Shown here: piece after piece, positions 20,652 to 31,011 of the stretch | Numbering within the stretch: the stretch's first letter is position 1 | Layout of the letters: every line of letters begins with the position of its first letter | NCBI GenBank assembly: GCA_963772455.1 | Contig: CAVYXJ010000010.1 | Span: forward strand, 288,001-352,000 | Length of the DNA: 64,000 bases | Direction of reading: 5' to 3' | DNA from: Candidatus Bathyarchaeota archaeon | GTDB taxonomy: Archaea; Thermoproteota; Bathyarchaeia; Bathyarchaeales; Bathycorpusculaceae | Notes under the pieces: generated by a model | What the model saw: the letters and a program-made list of their open reading frames with translations, nothing else | Told to the model about the DNA's origin: nothing | The model's database searches: none | Translations under genes and position numbers: made by a program

Positions 20652-23372
20652 ATGCCGCGTACTCTCTTAGATTATTGCATTAGCGAACAAACTAAACCAG
20701 TCGTTAGAGAGGCGGTTAAAACTCCTGTTTCAGTCGTGCCCATCCAACTTCAAGAAACTGTAACAGTTAAGCAAAAAAAGCGAGGACAACGTCAACCTTA
20801 TCCGCCAGTATGCCCAGAAAACCTTAAGCAATCATACTTTGTTTCTGCATCTTATGATGGACGCCAAAAGAAGGCTGTAATTAAACTCTACGAACCAGAA
20901 TCGGGTCAAATTTTTTTCTGGTATGACAATACGGGGCACAAGCCATATTGCTTAACCAACCTAAAACCCTTTGAACTAAACAAAATCGACAGGCTAACCC
21001 ATCATGAAGGCTTCGACAGCCTCGAAGTTACTGAAAGATACGACCCGCTTCTAAATCAGACTGTTAAAGTTACAAAAATAATCGCCAAAGATCCCTTAGC
21101 AATCGGCGGTAGACCTCAGGGTACCATCAGAGATATCATACCTGAAGATTACCCTCGTGTGTGCGATACCCACATTGAATCTTCGGACATTAAGATTTGG
21201 GAATCAAAAATCAAGTATTACCAATCGTACATTTACGATAAGCAGCTTCAGCCAGGAATGATTTACGAGGTAAAGGATGGTCACTTGCTTCCTAAAGTGC
21301 TCGAAGAAGCAACTGAGAACCTCAACAAAATCCGAAGCCTGTTCAAAGAATGCTCTGAGGAGGAACGTGAATATGCGGAAATGTGGGCTAGACTGCTTGA
21401 GTATCCCGCTCCGAAGTTCCGCAGGGCAGCCCTAGATATCGAAGTATATTCACCACTTTCGACAAGGATGCCTGACGCACGGGAAGGCGCCTGCCCAGTA
21501 ATAGCTTGTTCCATTTACAGTTCTGACGGCGAAAAACGGGTTCTTGTCCTCAAACGTGAAGGTATGCGGGAGGGCAACGTGCATTTAGCGCCGGATATCG
21601 AGGTTGAGTACTGCGAAACAGAAGAAGATCTTTTGCGCAAAGTCTTCGATGTAATCTGGGATTACCCGTTCATTTTAACTTTTAACGGTGACGACTTCGA
21701 CTTACGATACCTAGTTCACCGTGCTTACAATTTGGGGATCTCCAAAAAAGAAATTCCAATAGACATTGGCAAAAATACCTGCGGTCTCAGATATGGCATA
21801 CATATCGACCTTTACAAATTCTTCTTCAATCGTAGCATCCAAATTTATGCTTACGGGGGACGATACAAAGATGTCAGTCTCGGCGACGTTGGCAACGCAT
21901 TGTTGGGTGTAGAAAAAATCCATCTTGAAAAAGAATTTGGCAACCTAAACTACAGTGAACTCGCAGCTTACTGTCTTCGCGATTCAGAAATTACCTATAA
22001 ATTGACAAGTTTTGAAGACGACTCTGCGATGAAACTCATATTGGTTCTTGCTAGAATCAGTAGTATGCCCATGGAAGACGTGAGTCGACAAGGTGTTAGT
22101 CGTTGGATACGCAACTTCATGCACCGCGAACACCGCAAACGCGGTATTCTAATCCCAAACGGTGAAGACATCCTGACAAAGAAGGGCAAATCTACTTCGA
22201 CCGCTGTTATTAAAGGCAAAAAATACAAGGGAGCAATTGTCGTTGATCCCATTCCCGGCGTACATTTTAACGTGGCTGTAATGGACTTTCCTAGTCTATA
22301 TCCCTCAATCATTAAGGTGTGGAACCTTGGTTACCAATCAATCTGCTGCGAGCACCCGGGATGCAAGAGCCACACCATACCTGACACTCCGCATTGGTCT
22401 TGCCTAGAGAAACGTGCCCTCGAAAGCTTGCTCATCGGGTCGCTGCGGGATTTGCGTGTGCGTTGGTACAAGAGTCGAGCCAAAGATAAGACCCTTCAGC
22501 CTGAACTTCGCAGTTGGTACAACATAACTCAAGGCGCGCTTAAAGTCATTTTGAATGCTAGTTATGGCGTCTTTGGAGCTGATAGCTTTGATCTCTATTG
22601 TCCACCAGTTGCAGAAGCCACAGCAGCCATTGGACGTTATAGTATTACTCAAATCTTGAATCATTCAAAAACTGTCGGCATAACAGTTCTCTATGGGGAT
22701 ACTGATAGCTTATTTCTTAAGAACCCCACCAAAGAACAGATCGAAGATGTTGTACACTACACCGAGCATGAACTGGGAATGGGCATAGACGTTGACAAAA
22801 CTTACAGATATGCCGTTTTCAGCTCACGTAAAAAGAACTATCTCGGTGTACTTGAAGACGGCACAGTCGATGTTAAAGGCTTAACGGGCAAGAAAAAACA
22901 CATTCCAACGTTCATTAAAGGCGCCTTCAACATGATGAAAGACAGGCTTGCAAAAGTTAAAAACCCTGAAGATTTCGAAAAAGCAAGAAAAGACATTGCA
23001 AATATAGTTCGGGAGCGCTACAACATCCTCAAGCGACGGGAATGGGGAGATATGAGCGAACTTGCTTTTCACGTGGTTTTAGGTGATGAGGTTGCAAGTT
23101 ACACAAAAACGACACCGCAACATGTGAAAGCAGCAAAAATTCTGCAGGCAAGCGGCAAGGAACTGCGTGCAGGTGACCTGATTAGCTTTGTCAAAGTAAA
23201 TAGCAATAAAGATCATGTAAAACCAGTTGAATTGACTTCAAGAAATGAAGTGGACGTTGACAAATATATCGCTTATTTGCAATCGACTTTTGATCAGGTT
23301 CTTGATGCGCTGGGCTTGAGTTTTGATGAAATTATTGGGTTAACTCGGCTTGAAAGTTTCCTTGGCGCCTAA
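20652..23372 (+). CDS. polB1: Family B DNA polymerase, PolB1 type
   Basis: DIEV, FNGDDFDL, DFPSLYPSII, KVILNASYG, YGDTDS, KKNY; N-terminal YDNTGHKPYCL typical of TACK B1. Confidence 0.95.
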   Translation: MPRTLLDYCISEQTKPVVREAVKTPVSVVPIQLQETVTVKQKKRGQRQPYPPVCPENLKQSYFVSASYDGRQKKAVIKLYEPESGQIFFWYDNTGHKPYCLTNLKPFELNKIDRLTHHEGFDSLEVTERYDPLLNQTVKVTKIIAKDPLAIGGRPQGTIRDIIPEDYPRVCDTHIESSDIKIWESKIKYYQSYIYDKQLQPGMIYEVKDGHLLPKVLEEATENLNKIRSLFKECSEEEREYAEMWARLLEYPAPKFRRAALDIEVYSPLSTRMPDAREGACPVIACSIYSSDGEKRVLVLKREGMREGNVHLAPDIEVEYCETEEDLLRKVFDVIWDYPFILTFNGDDFDLRYLVHRAYNLGISKKEIPIDIGKNTCGLRYGIHIDLYKFFFNRSIQIYAYGGRYKDVSLGDVGNALLGVEKIHLEKEFGNLNYSELAAYCLRDSEITYKLTSFEDDSAMKLILVLARISSMPMEDVSRQGVSRWIRNFMHREHRKRGILIPNGEDILTKKGKSTSTAVIKGKKYKGAIVVDPIPGVHFNVAVMDFPSLYPSIIKVWNLGYQSICCEHPGCKSHTIPDTPHWSCLEKRALESLLIGSLRDLRVRWYKSRAKDKTLQPELRSWYNITQGALKVILNASYGVFGADSFDLYCPPVAEATAAIGRYSITQILNHSKTVGITVLYGDTDSLFLKNPTKEQIEDVVHYTEHELGMGIDVDKTYRYAVFSSRKKNYLGVLEDGTVDVKGLTGKKKHIPTFIKGAFNMMKDRLAKVKNPEDFEKARKDIANIVRERYNILKRREWGDMSELAFHVVLGDEVASYTKTTPQHVKAAKILQASGKELRAGDLISFVKVNSNKDHVKPVELTSRNEVDVDKYIAYLQSTFDQVLDALGLSFDEIIGLTRLESFLGA

Positions 23373-23484
23373 ACCCGATAGAAGCCTCTTCTATCTTAGT
23401 CTTCTTTATTATTGCACATTTCATAATGCATTGAATTCAAAATATTATCTTAAGGATTAAATTTCACAAAACTAATTTTTAAAA

Positions 23485-24375
23485 TTAAAAAAGTCGGATG
23501 ATGACTCCTAGCAACGTAAAAAATGCAACTATGATAGCGATTATTTGCACAATACGCCGCTCGGTCATCGGTCGCTTGTAAGCTATTACCGTTACGAGGC
23601 TTTTTCTGCCGTCTGAGCAAAGTTTTTCGCCGTCGAAGGTGACTTTGGCTCTTTTGCGAGTGAAGAAGATGGCAAGCAAAATAATGGATGAATTGAAGAT
23701 GAAGGGTAACATAGAGATTAAGAGGCTGACTTTTAGGTCTGATATTACTGCAAAAGATGCAATGGTTATTCCTATTGCAAATGAACCTGCATTTCCCACG
23801 AAAATCTTTCCTCGAACGTTAAAAAAAGCTAAGATTAGCCAGAAGAATAGTGGTCCAACCATAAGGATGTAAGTGGGTGAGAACGACATTAACCCCAATA
23901 TAACTATGGCTGGACAAATGGTTTCGAGCCCGTTTAATCCTCCAAGCTGGTTAACAGTGTTTGTAATTATCATGACGATTAGTGGAACGATGAGGAAAAC
24001 GTAGTATGCGCCAAAATGAATTGTTCCCAAAAATGGAAGGGCGATTGAATCTCGAATAGCCTCGATCTGTAAACCTTCAAATGCATAATACATCAACGGT
24101 AACGCTGCAATAAGGGGCATGAACGCTTTGTATCGCCATTTCAAATCCATAAAATCATCTAAAAGACCCATAAAACCGCCGAACAAAATGCAAACCGCCA
24201 AAGTTAACGCGGCAGAAACACCATTTACTGAAGTGTCTAATTCTAAAGTGAAAACTCTGTTCAAGAAATAAATTGAGAAAAGATAAACGATAGTGGTTAG
24301 GACAAAAAGAACTCCTAAACCGTTGGGGATTAAAGGTCGACCAACTTTGTGTTGATCTGGGACCTTTGGAAACAC
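23485..24375 (-). CDS. aglH: Polyprenyl-phosphate HexNAc-1-P transferase (GT4, AglH/ALG7-like)
   Basis: GLLDD..DLKW, TNTVNQLGGLNGLE, IFVGNAG; follows aglB in the same orientation. Confidence 0.8.
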   Translation of the reverse strand: MFPKVPDQHKVGRPLIPNGLGVLFVLTTIVYLFSIYFLNRVFTLELDTSVNGVSAALTLAVCILFGGFMGLLDDFMDLKWRYKAFMPLIAALPLMYYAFEGLQIEAIRDSIALPFLGTIHFGAYYVFLIVPLIVMIITNTVNQLGGLNGLETICPAIVILGLMSFSPTYILMVGPLFFWLILAFFNVRGKIFVGNAGSFAIGITIASFAVISDLKVSLLISMLPFIFNSSIILLAIFFTRKRAKVTFDGEKLCSDGRKSLVTVIAYKRPMTERRIVQIIAIIVAFFTLLGVIIRLF

Positions 24376-24390
24376 TTCTATGCTTCCTTC

Positions 24391-26676
24391 TTAGGGCGGT
24401 GTGATGCCGTGGTCGGCGTTATATTTTGCCCAGTCAATTTCGTAGATTGCAATTATTGGTACTAAGCCGCCGTATTGTGTTGGGGCTGTTTGTTCTCCCG
24501 CAAAGTATGCGTATTTGAAATAGGTAGGCACTGTTGTTGTTTGGTCCGGTGAAACGTCGATTCCCAAACTGGTCATAGTGCTAGCATAATGTACTTCTGC
24601 GTAATTCAATAATTCAAACACGGTGCAGTTCAAGCCTTGATCATTCCATTGCCATCGACCAGTATTTGGGTCACTTGCGCCAAATTGGCTTTCATTAGTC
24701 CATGCTTTTGCAGGGTTCATGTAGCCTTGATCTATTAGTCTGGTTTGGGCTTGTCCTGAAATTCTTGCCATCCATACCCATTTGCCTTCGTCACCATATC
24801 CGGCTGGACTCACAATATACGATGATGAACCGCTTGTTGCTTGTTGTACTTGAAGCACTTCAAAGACGGCAATGTATTTGACGCGTGATTGACCGTAATT
24901 GTTTAGCATCGCCATTGATTGGTTTTCATTACCCATGAATATGAAACCTACGTTCTCTATTTGGGTGCTGTTTACTGTTGTGTTATCTGCAAAGCTAGTT
25001 ACGTTTCCAAGGTCCGCTAACCAGTTGCCGTAATCCCACCACATTACTACTGCGTCTGTTGATTGAACGTTGGTCTTCATCCAGTTTACTGCGTCAAGCC
25101 ATGCAGTTACTGGTGCGCTTAGACCTGCTCCACCCAATGGAAGGCTTGATCCACTGATGGCTGTTGGTACATAAGCTTGTGAGACTGATCTTGGCATTCC
25201 ACCGGTTTGAGGTGAAAACGCTAAGTTTGTTACTAGAATGAGGAATATTACAAAGACTGCGACTCCGCTGTATTCTTTGCTTACTCTTGCCATTCTACGT
25301 TTGGATTTTGCCAGAGTTTTTGGTGCTTCTTGAAGCAGAGTGAAGAATGGCTTTAGCAAACTGATGATACCTATTGCAGCAATTATAGCGAAGACTGGTG
25401 CGAAGAGAACCAGGAGACGAACCATTGAAGTTGCAAAGTATAATGAAGTTACAGCGAATAGCATTAGGAAGATGTTTCTGTTTGTTGGATTTCTAAGAAC
25501 GAAGTATAACCCTACAAGGAAGAATAGTATGGATATGCCTAATTCTATGTATAGATTTCCCCATGCTGAGATTCTCTGTTCTGCCACTGAATCGATAAGT
25601 GGTGAAGCTGCCCTAATGAATGGATCTAAAACTGTGATGAATTTTCCAGCTATTCCGCCAAGTAAGCCTGTTACTGCTGCTGTAATTATTCCGCCAATTA
25701 TTATGACTGTTGAGGCGATTGCTAAAGTGAGTTTGTTCTTTGCGGATATGTTGTTTCGGAGAATTTCTGCGAGAATGAGCACTAGAAATACTGCTACAAC
25801 CGGGACTATTGCGCCTGAGGTTAAGTAGCTTAATGAGATGTAGGGAACTTTTGTTCCAATAAATAATGCTAAACCAAAAACTATGCTGTAGTTGATGAGT
25901 AGTCTTGGAGTATATCTCTTTAGTAGAACTAAGACGAACACGAATAAGACCGCTAGATCAATTAAGTAATAAGCTGCTCCCCAGCCTGCGATGAAATATC
26001 CTAATGCTGCTGCAGCGCCTAAAGAGTATAATAATGATGAACGAAGTGACTTGTTGGCGTCAATTGACCTTAGGAACAAGAATATGAACAATACTAGCCC
26101 AAGTACGCCAGGTACCTCAGTATCGAAAAATCCTAAAGAACTTCTTTGTAAGAACGATGGTGCTAATGCAAGAAATAGTGCAGCAAATAAACCGACTGCT
26201 TTTCCGCCCATGTCTTTGCCGACAAAGTAGAGTACTAAGCATGAGACTACAGCTATTAAAGCTGGCATGATTGAGCAGAAAGTCATTAAATCAATTTTTG
26301 CACCGAATAATGAGACAACTTGGAAAAGTACTGCTGCTGTCATAGGTAAAGCAGGCAATGAAGTGGACATGTCTAATCCATCTGGATACCATTTTTGAGT
26401 GTTAATCCAGTGGGTTGGCCAATAAGGCGAGAGTAAACCATTTTGTACCATGTGTTGTGTGATACTGAATTGATAATAGGGGTCAAACTCATTTAGAAGA
26501 GCTGTGCCACCAGACAAGTTTTCCCAACGTAACGGTAAAATACGAATTGTGAATGCAACAAATAAAATCATTACTAACGCTGCAAAAGCAATGATTGTAC
26601 CGTGACTTACCTGAATTCTTAATCTGCTAAAAATTGATAAGCCGTTACCGAGTTTTTCCTTAATTCCTTCGCCCAC
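24391..26676 (-). CDS. aglB: Oligosaccharyltransferase catalytic subunit (STT3/AglB)
   Basis: EFDPYY, GFFDTE, SVAE, WWDYG, DNTT, DEGKWVWMARI. Confidence 0.96.
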   Translation of the reverse strand: MGEGIKEKLGNGLSIFSRLRIQVSHGTIIAFAALVMILFVAFTIRILPLRWENLSGGTALLNEFDPYYQFSITQHMVQNGLLSPYWPTHWINTQKWYPDGLDMSTSLPALPMTAAVLFQVVSLFGAKIDLMTFCSIMPALIAVVSCLVLYFVGKDMGGKAVGLFAALFLALAPSFLQRSSLGFFDTEVPGVLGLVLFIFLFLRSIDANKSLRSSLLYSLGAAAALGYFIAGWGAAYYLIDLAVLFVFVLVLLKRYTPRLLINYSIVFGLALFIGTKVPYISLSYLTSGAIVPVVAVFLVLILAEILRNNISAKNKLTLAIASTVIIIGGIITAAVTGLLGGIAGKFITVLDPFIRAASPLIDSVAEQRISAWGNLYIELGISILFFLVGLYFVLRNPTNRNIFLMLFAVTSLYFATSMVRLLVLFAPVFAIIAAIGIISLLKPFFTLLQEAPKTLAKSKRRMARVSKEYSGVAVFVIFLILVTNLAFSPQTGGMPRSVSQAYVPTAISGSSLPLGGAGLSAPVTAWLDAVNWMKTNVQSTDAVVMWWDYGNWLADLGNVTSFADNTTVNSTQIENVGFIFMGNENQSMAMLNNYGQSRVKYIAVFEVLQVQQATSGSSSYIVSPAGYGDEGKWVWMARISGQAQTRLIDQGYMNPAKAWTNESQFGASDPNTGRWQWNDQGLNCTVFELLNYAEVHYASTMTSLGIDVSPDQTTTVPTYFKYAYFAGEQTAPTQYGGLVPIIAIYEIDWAKYNADHGITPP

Positions 26677-26766
26677 CTTAAGTCATCTCTTCCAAACGTA
26701 TATTGCGATTGTACTATTTTACACATTGGTGATTTATTTATGGCTTTCCAAAACCAAATCGAATGA

Positions 26767-27459
26767 CTAAGAGGAATTGGTCACATGAATAATAATCCAA
26801 GGACTATACCTAACTACCCGTTGCAGACCAAAAAAGTTCTCAAATCTTGCAAGAACAGATACTAGTTTGCTCTCAGAAGTCCTTCCAAACGGAAGCCAGC
26901 TGTAGCCAATTTTCTTTTTAACTAAGAATCCAGTAATAAATAGACATTTTATAACTTCCTTGTATGAATGACGATAAGATTTTCCTTGCATCGCCTTCAA
27001 CTTTGCTTTAAGGCTTGATTTATTGCCAAAAGATAATACGCTGGAACCATTGGTTTTCAAAGTACGTTTACATTCACTTAGGGCTTGGTCCAGTTCAGGA
27101 ATGTAATCTAAGACTTCAATCATAAAAACAACATCAAAAACGCCGTTCCTTAATGGAAGCTGTCGAGCATCTGCCTGGATAACGGCAACTGATTTATTCT
27201 TTTGTCTGAGTCTCTTTAGAGCATAAGAATTGACATCAACGCTTATAACAGTGGCTTTATTGTTTGCCGCAAAAAGCGAGAAACGGCCAGCTTCAGCGCC
27301 AACGTCCAATACAGTGATGTTCGATTGGGATAGGTTTATGGATTTAGAAATAAAATCTGTTTCAACTTTAGTGAGATATTTACCCATTTTGGTCTTGGCA
27401 GCGAATTCCCAGTGGGTTTCTGCAGATAGGTCAAGTGAGTTACTCAAGGATGTAGTCAA
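26767..27459 (-). CDS. Class I SAM-dependent methyltransferase
   Basis: VLDVGAEAGRF, QADARQLP, FDVV; probable TTG start overlapping the upstream stop. Confidence 0.85.
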   Translation of the reverse strand: MTTSLSNSLDLSAETHWEFAAKTKMGKYLTKVETDFISKSINLSQSNITVLDVGAEAGRFSLFAANNKATVISVDVNSYALKRLRQKNKSVAVIQADARQLPLRNGVFDVVFMIEVLDYIPELDQALSECKRTLKTNGSSVLSFGNKSSLKAKLKAMQGKSYRHSYKEVIKCLFITGFLVKKKIGYSWLPFGRTSESKLVSVLARFENFFGLQRVVRYSPWIIIHVTNSS

Positions 27460-27626
27460 CGCTTGGCAATGGGCTTGACTTCCACTTCCATTGGCAGCAA
27501 GGATAGTTTTCGGTCGCATTTTGGGCATTTTCCTCCGTGTTGCGCAATGACTTCATCTGGCGGTTTAAGATCTTTGCCTTCATACAAAATATGTTTACAA
27601 CCATGGCAGATTACACGTTGCGGCAT
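27456..27626 (-). CDS. 56-aa zinc-ribbon protein, not in ORF track
   Basis: MPQRVICHGCKHILYEGKDLKPPDEVIAQHGGKCPKCDRKLSLLPMEVEVKPIAKR; two CxxC motifs. Confidence 0.85.
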   Translation of the reverse strand: MPQRVICHGCKHILYEGKDLKPPDEVIAQHGGKCPKCDRKLSLLPMEVEVKPIAKR

Positions 27627-27759
27627 TTAAATCCCCAGTAATTACATGGATGAGGCTTATTTATTGGTTGCTTAGAAATTATTTTTCGTTCAAATGATGT
27701 TTATTGTAAAGCTTTTAAAGTGATTTACATTGGAATGTTAAAGTGTGGTTTGACGGCGT

Positions 27760-29832
27760 TTGGATAAATATACTTTAATTATTACAGAAAAACCTGATGC
27801 TGCAAACAGAATAGCAATGGCTGTTGATGTTGTTGGAAAACCAAAAAAGATAGTTAGCAATGGGGTTCCATATTATCAAGCGTATCGTGAGGGTAATATA
27901 GTGGTGGTTCCTTCGCTGGGGCACCTGTATACTTTGGCAAGCAAACATGAAGGGCGTATCTACCCTGTTTTTGATTATCAGTGGGTTCCACGATACAAAG
28001 CTGAACGTGGAGCATCCAGAATTCGAGTTTGGTTAAAAGTAATTGCTCAATTAGCGAAAAATGCGGATGGATTTGTAGATGCATGCGACTTTGATATTGA
28101 AGGCAGCATAATAGGTTACAACATACTCAAATATGCTTGCGGCCACAAAGAAAAATCGGCTAAACGCATGAAATACTCAACCCTGACAAAAGAAGAACTC
28201 CAAGAATCATACGCTAACTTGTTGCCTTCTTTGGATTTTGCTCAAATTGAGGCTGGATTAACTCGCCATGAAATCGATTGGTTATACGGCATAAACTTAT
28301 CGAGGGCATTAACCCAAGCTGCCCATAGCTTCAGTGGACAATATGCTACTTTAAGTACTGGCAGAGTACAAGGGCCAACATTGAGGTTTTTAGAAATCCG
28401 TGAAAAAACCATTAACTGCTTTGTCCCTACACCTTATTGGAAAATAACTGCGAAAATAAGTATTAACGATGTTGTTTTTTTAGTCGAATATGAAAAAATC
28501 CTTGAAAGCAAAACATTAGCAACAGCTGTAAAGGACGCCTGCAAAACTAAAGAAGGTCAAATAGAAACAGTAAACGTAACAGAGTTTTCGCTGAATCCTC
28601 CTGAGCCTTTTGACCTTGGTTCATTGCAAAGAGAAGCTTATCGAATATTCAAGTACACCCCAATTCGTTCCTCAAGCATTGCCCAACGCTTGTATACAGA
28701 TGCGTTGATTTCTTATCCTCGAACAAGCAGTCAAAAACTTCCCCCTTCAATAGGCTATAAAACAATACTTAAAAAACTTGGAAAATCACCCGCGTATTCT
28801 AAACATATATCTGAACTACTATCTAAATCGACTTTGACGCCCAACGAAGGCAAAAAGTTAGATCCTGCTCACCCTGCTATTTACCCAACTGGAAATCTTC
28901 CTGAAAAGTCACTTGACGCGGCAGAAAGAAACATCTTTGATTTAGTCGTTAAGCGGTTTTTAGCTGTCTTTGGAGATCCAGCAATCAAGCAAAGCATCGT
29001 TGTGGTCATAAATATCAACGAAAATATGTTTCGTTTGAATGCAACCCGAACTTTGATAGGTGGATGGCTTCATTTCTACAAGCCATACATTGAATTGAAG
29101 GATGATTCTTTACCCCTTCTAACTAAGGGACAGACCGTAAGCGTTAAGCAGATAGTTTTAAGTGATTATTTTACTAAGCCCCCTGCTCGTTATAACCCCC
29201 GAAGTTTACTGCTGAAAATGGAAAAAGAAGAAATAGGGACAAAAGCAACGCGGGCAACAACAATCCAAACTCTCTACGATCGAAAGTACATGAACGGAAC
29301 AGGGAACTTCCATATTAGCGACCTTGGCTTTGAAATAATCGAAGTTCTCTCAGATTATTGTCCAACTATTGTATACCCAGAAATGACACGATTACTTGAA
29401 TCAAAAATGAACGACATTCAACAAGGTATTGAAACCAAACAAAACGTATTGCAAAACGCCCTTGAAGAACTAAAAAAAGTTACCAGAGAGCTTAAAGAAA
29501 AAGAAATAGAGATAGGACCAAAGCTAAGTCAACGGCTACAAAAAAGTAAACCCAAAGAAAAAACCGTTGGAGCCTGTCCAAAATGCAATGACGGTAAACT
29601 AGTGATTTTACGCTCAAAAAAAACAGGTAAACGTTTTATCGGCTGCACAAACTATTTTGAAAACAAATGCAACACGGCTTTTCCATTACCTCAAACTGGG
29701 ACAATTAAACCACTACGAAGTATATGTAAAAGCTGTGGTACACCGATAATCGCTGTATATTTAAGATCCAAGAGAATTTGGAGGTTGTGTCTTAATCCAA
29801 ATTGCCCCTCAAAAGGAGTCTCCAAAAAATGA
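27760..29832 (+). CDS. topA: Type IA DNA topoisomerase with C-terminal Zn ribbons
   Basis: ITEKP, DFDIEG, STGRVQGP, ISYPRT catalytic Tyr, AHPAIYPT. Confidence 0.96.
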   Translation: MDKYTLIITEKPDAANRIAMAVDVVGKPKKIVSNGVPYYQAYREGNIVVVPSLGHLYTLASKHEGRIYPVFDYQWVPRYKAERGASRIRVWLKVIAQLAKNADGFVDACDFDIEGSIIGYNILKYACGHKEKSAKRMKYSTLTKEELQESYANLLPSLDFAQIEAGLTRHEIDWLYGINLSRALTQAAHSFSGQYATLSTGRVQGPTLRFLEIREKTINCFVPTPYWKITAKISINDVVFLVEYEKILESKTLATAVKDACKTKEGQIETVNVTEFSLNPPEPFDLGSLQREAYRIFKYTPIRSSSIAQRLYTDALISYPRTSSQKLPPSIGYKTILKKLGKSPAYSKHISELLSKSTLTPNEGKKLDPAHPAIYPTGNLPEKSLDAAERNIFDLVVKRFLAVFGDPAIKQSIVVVININENMFRLNATRTLIGGWLHFYKPYIELKDDSLPLLTKGQTVSVKQIVLSDYFTKPPARYNPRSLLLKMEKEEIGTKATRATTIQTLYDRKYMNGTGNFHISDLGFEIIEVLSDYCPTIVYPEMTRLLESKMNDIQQGIETKQNVLQNALEELKKVTRELKEKEIEIGPKLSQRLQKSKPKEKTVGACPKCNDGKLVILRSKKTGKRFIGCTNYFENKCNTAFPLPQTGTIKPLRSICKSCGTPIIAVYLRSKRIWRLCLNPNCPSKGVSKK

Positions 29833-30053
29833 ATTGTAAACTTTGTTGTCGTGAAGCTGTTGAAAACGGTTTTTGTAAATTGCATTTGAAGTCTTACAAA
29901 AACGTGCTTTTAAAATTTAGGGTTTGGGCAGCTGCTTCGAACGTTTCTTGGATGGAGTATTTAGTGGAGATTCAGAAAAATTCATTAACTGGAGTATGGG
30001 CTAAAGAAGTAGCAAAGTACCTAATTGAGGAAGAGGATACCAAAAATGACTAG
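29829..30053 (+). CDS. Small Cys/His zinc-binding hypothetical protein
   Basis: CKLC...CKLH; ATGA overlap with topA stop. Confidence 0.7.
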   Translation: MNCKLCCREAVENGFCKLHLKSYKNVLLKFRVWAAASNVSWMEYLVEIQKNSLTGVWAKEVAKYLIEEEDTKND

Positions 30054-30477
30054 TAAAATAAAGAAGAGTTCTTCTGATATGTCTTTTTCGCTAAGCCGAT
30101 GGTTCCGAAGAGTTTCAACTACCGCACCTTCTGCATTCATAGTAACATTAGTTGGAATGTCATATGCCCTATTCCTTTTTGGAGGCGGTCTATTTGCTTT
30201 AATTAATCAACCTATTACATCATTCTACAATAGCAACACTGGGCAATTCTTTTTCCTATACCCAGACATTAGCAATCAATTCGTATCAGATACTTTAATT
30301 TCAGTATCGCTCTATGCAATGGGCTTCATTGGTTTACTCGCAATTTACCAAAGTACCAAAAGTGCATATAAACCAAGACAAGCCTACATGATGCTAATCG
30401 TTGGAGTCGCCCTTCTGCTATTAGCATATGTGTTCTTGGAAGGTTCGATCTCATTCAAAATAAACGGCGGCAGATAA
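30046..30477 (+). CDS. 3-TM protein resembling OST3/OST6-family (OSTC/DC2-like) oligosaccharyltransferase accessory subunit
   Basis: GG.F..INQP..loop..NQFVSDTL.S..LY.MG..G..TM..FK pattern. Confidence 0.6.
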   Translation: MTSKIKKSSSDMSFSLSRWFRRVSTTAPSAFIVTLVGMSYALFLFGGGLFALINQPITSFYNSNTGQFFFLYPDISNQFVSDTLISVSLYAMGFIGLLAIYQSTKSAYKPRQAYMMLIVGVALLLLAYVFLEGSISFKINGGR

Positions 30478-30490
30478 TTTTTTAGCCGTT

Positions 30491-30994
30491 TTACCAAGGA
30501 TTTCTTTTTAACTTCATTTTATAAGCTAAGAAATTAGTGAATAAGTGAATTGGTGGAGTAATTAATAACACAGTCAATGCTACTTCCCAGCCAATCAGTG
30601 CTAAAGGAAGCGAGAAAACTACAGCCCCAACCACAAAGTCAATTTGGTCAACAACGGGTAAAAGTCCTCCTGGAGCAATGCTTAATCTACGTTTTATGAA
30701 AGCACCTGTTAAATCGCCTAAAAGTGCACCCAACGGAATAAGAAAGGCGAATATGATTGGGTAATTCTGAAACCCGAAAATGGCTCCTTCGGCTAACCCC
30801 ACACCAAAACCAACTCCCCAACCAAAAAAGAAACCTCGGAATGTTTTGTTATTCCCAAAAATTCGTTTGCCATCCATAAAATTCTTGCCAAAATCCATTT
30901 TGGTTCCACCTCCAGCAAGCACAGGCGTTCCGTTGGCGCAGTAAGCTGGGAAAATGAACTTCAAAGCTTCAACAATTATTAGAGCTATATCCAT
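30491..30994 (-). CDS. carS: CDP-archaeol synthase
   Basis: PAYCAN, DGKRIFGNNKT, GDL.GAFIKRR, DQIDF, C-terminal PW. Confidence 0.93.
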   Translation of the reverse strand: MDIALIIVEALKFIFPAYCANGTPVLAGGGTKMDFGKNFMDGKRIFGNNKTFRGFFFGWGVGFGVGLAEGAIFGFQNYPIIFAFLIPLGALLGDLTGAFIKRRLSIAPGGLLPVVDQIDFVVGAVVFSLPLALIGWEVALTVLLITPPIHLFTNFLAYKMKLKRNPW

Positions 30995-31011
30995 TGGGTT
31001 TCAACCGTTGA

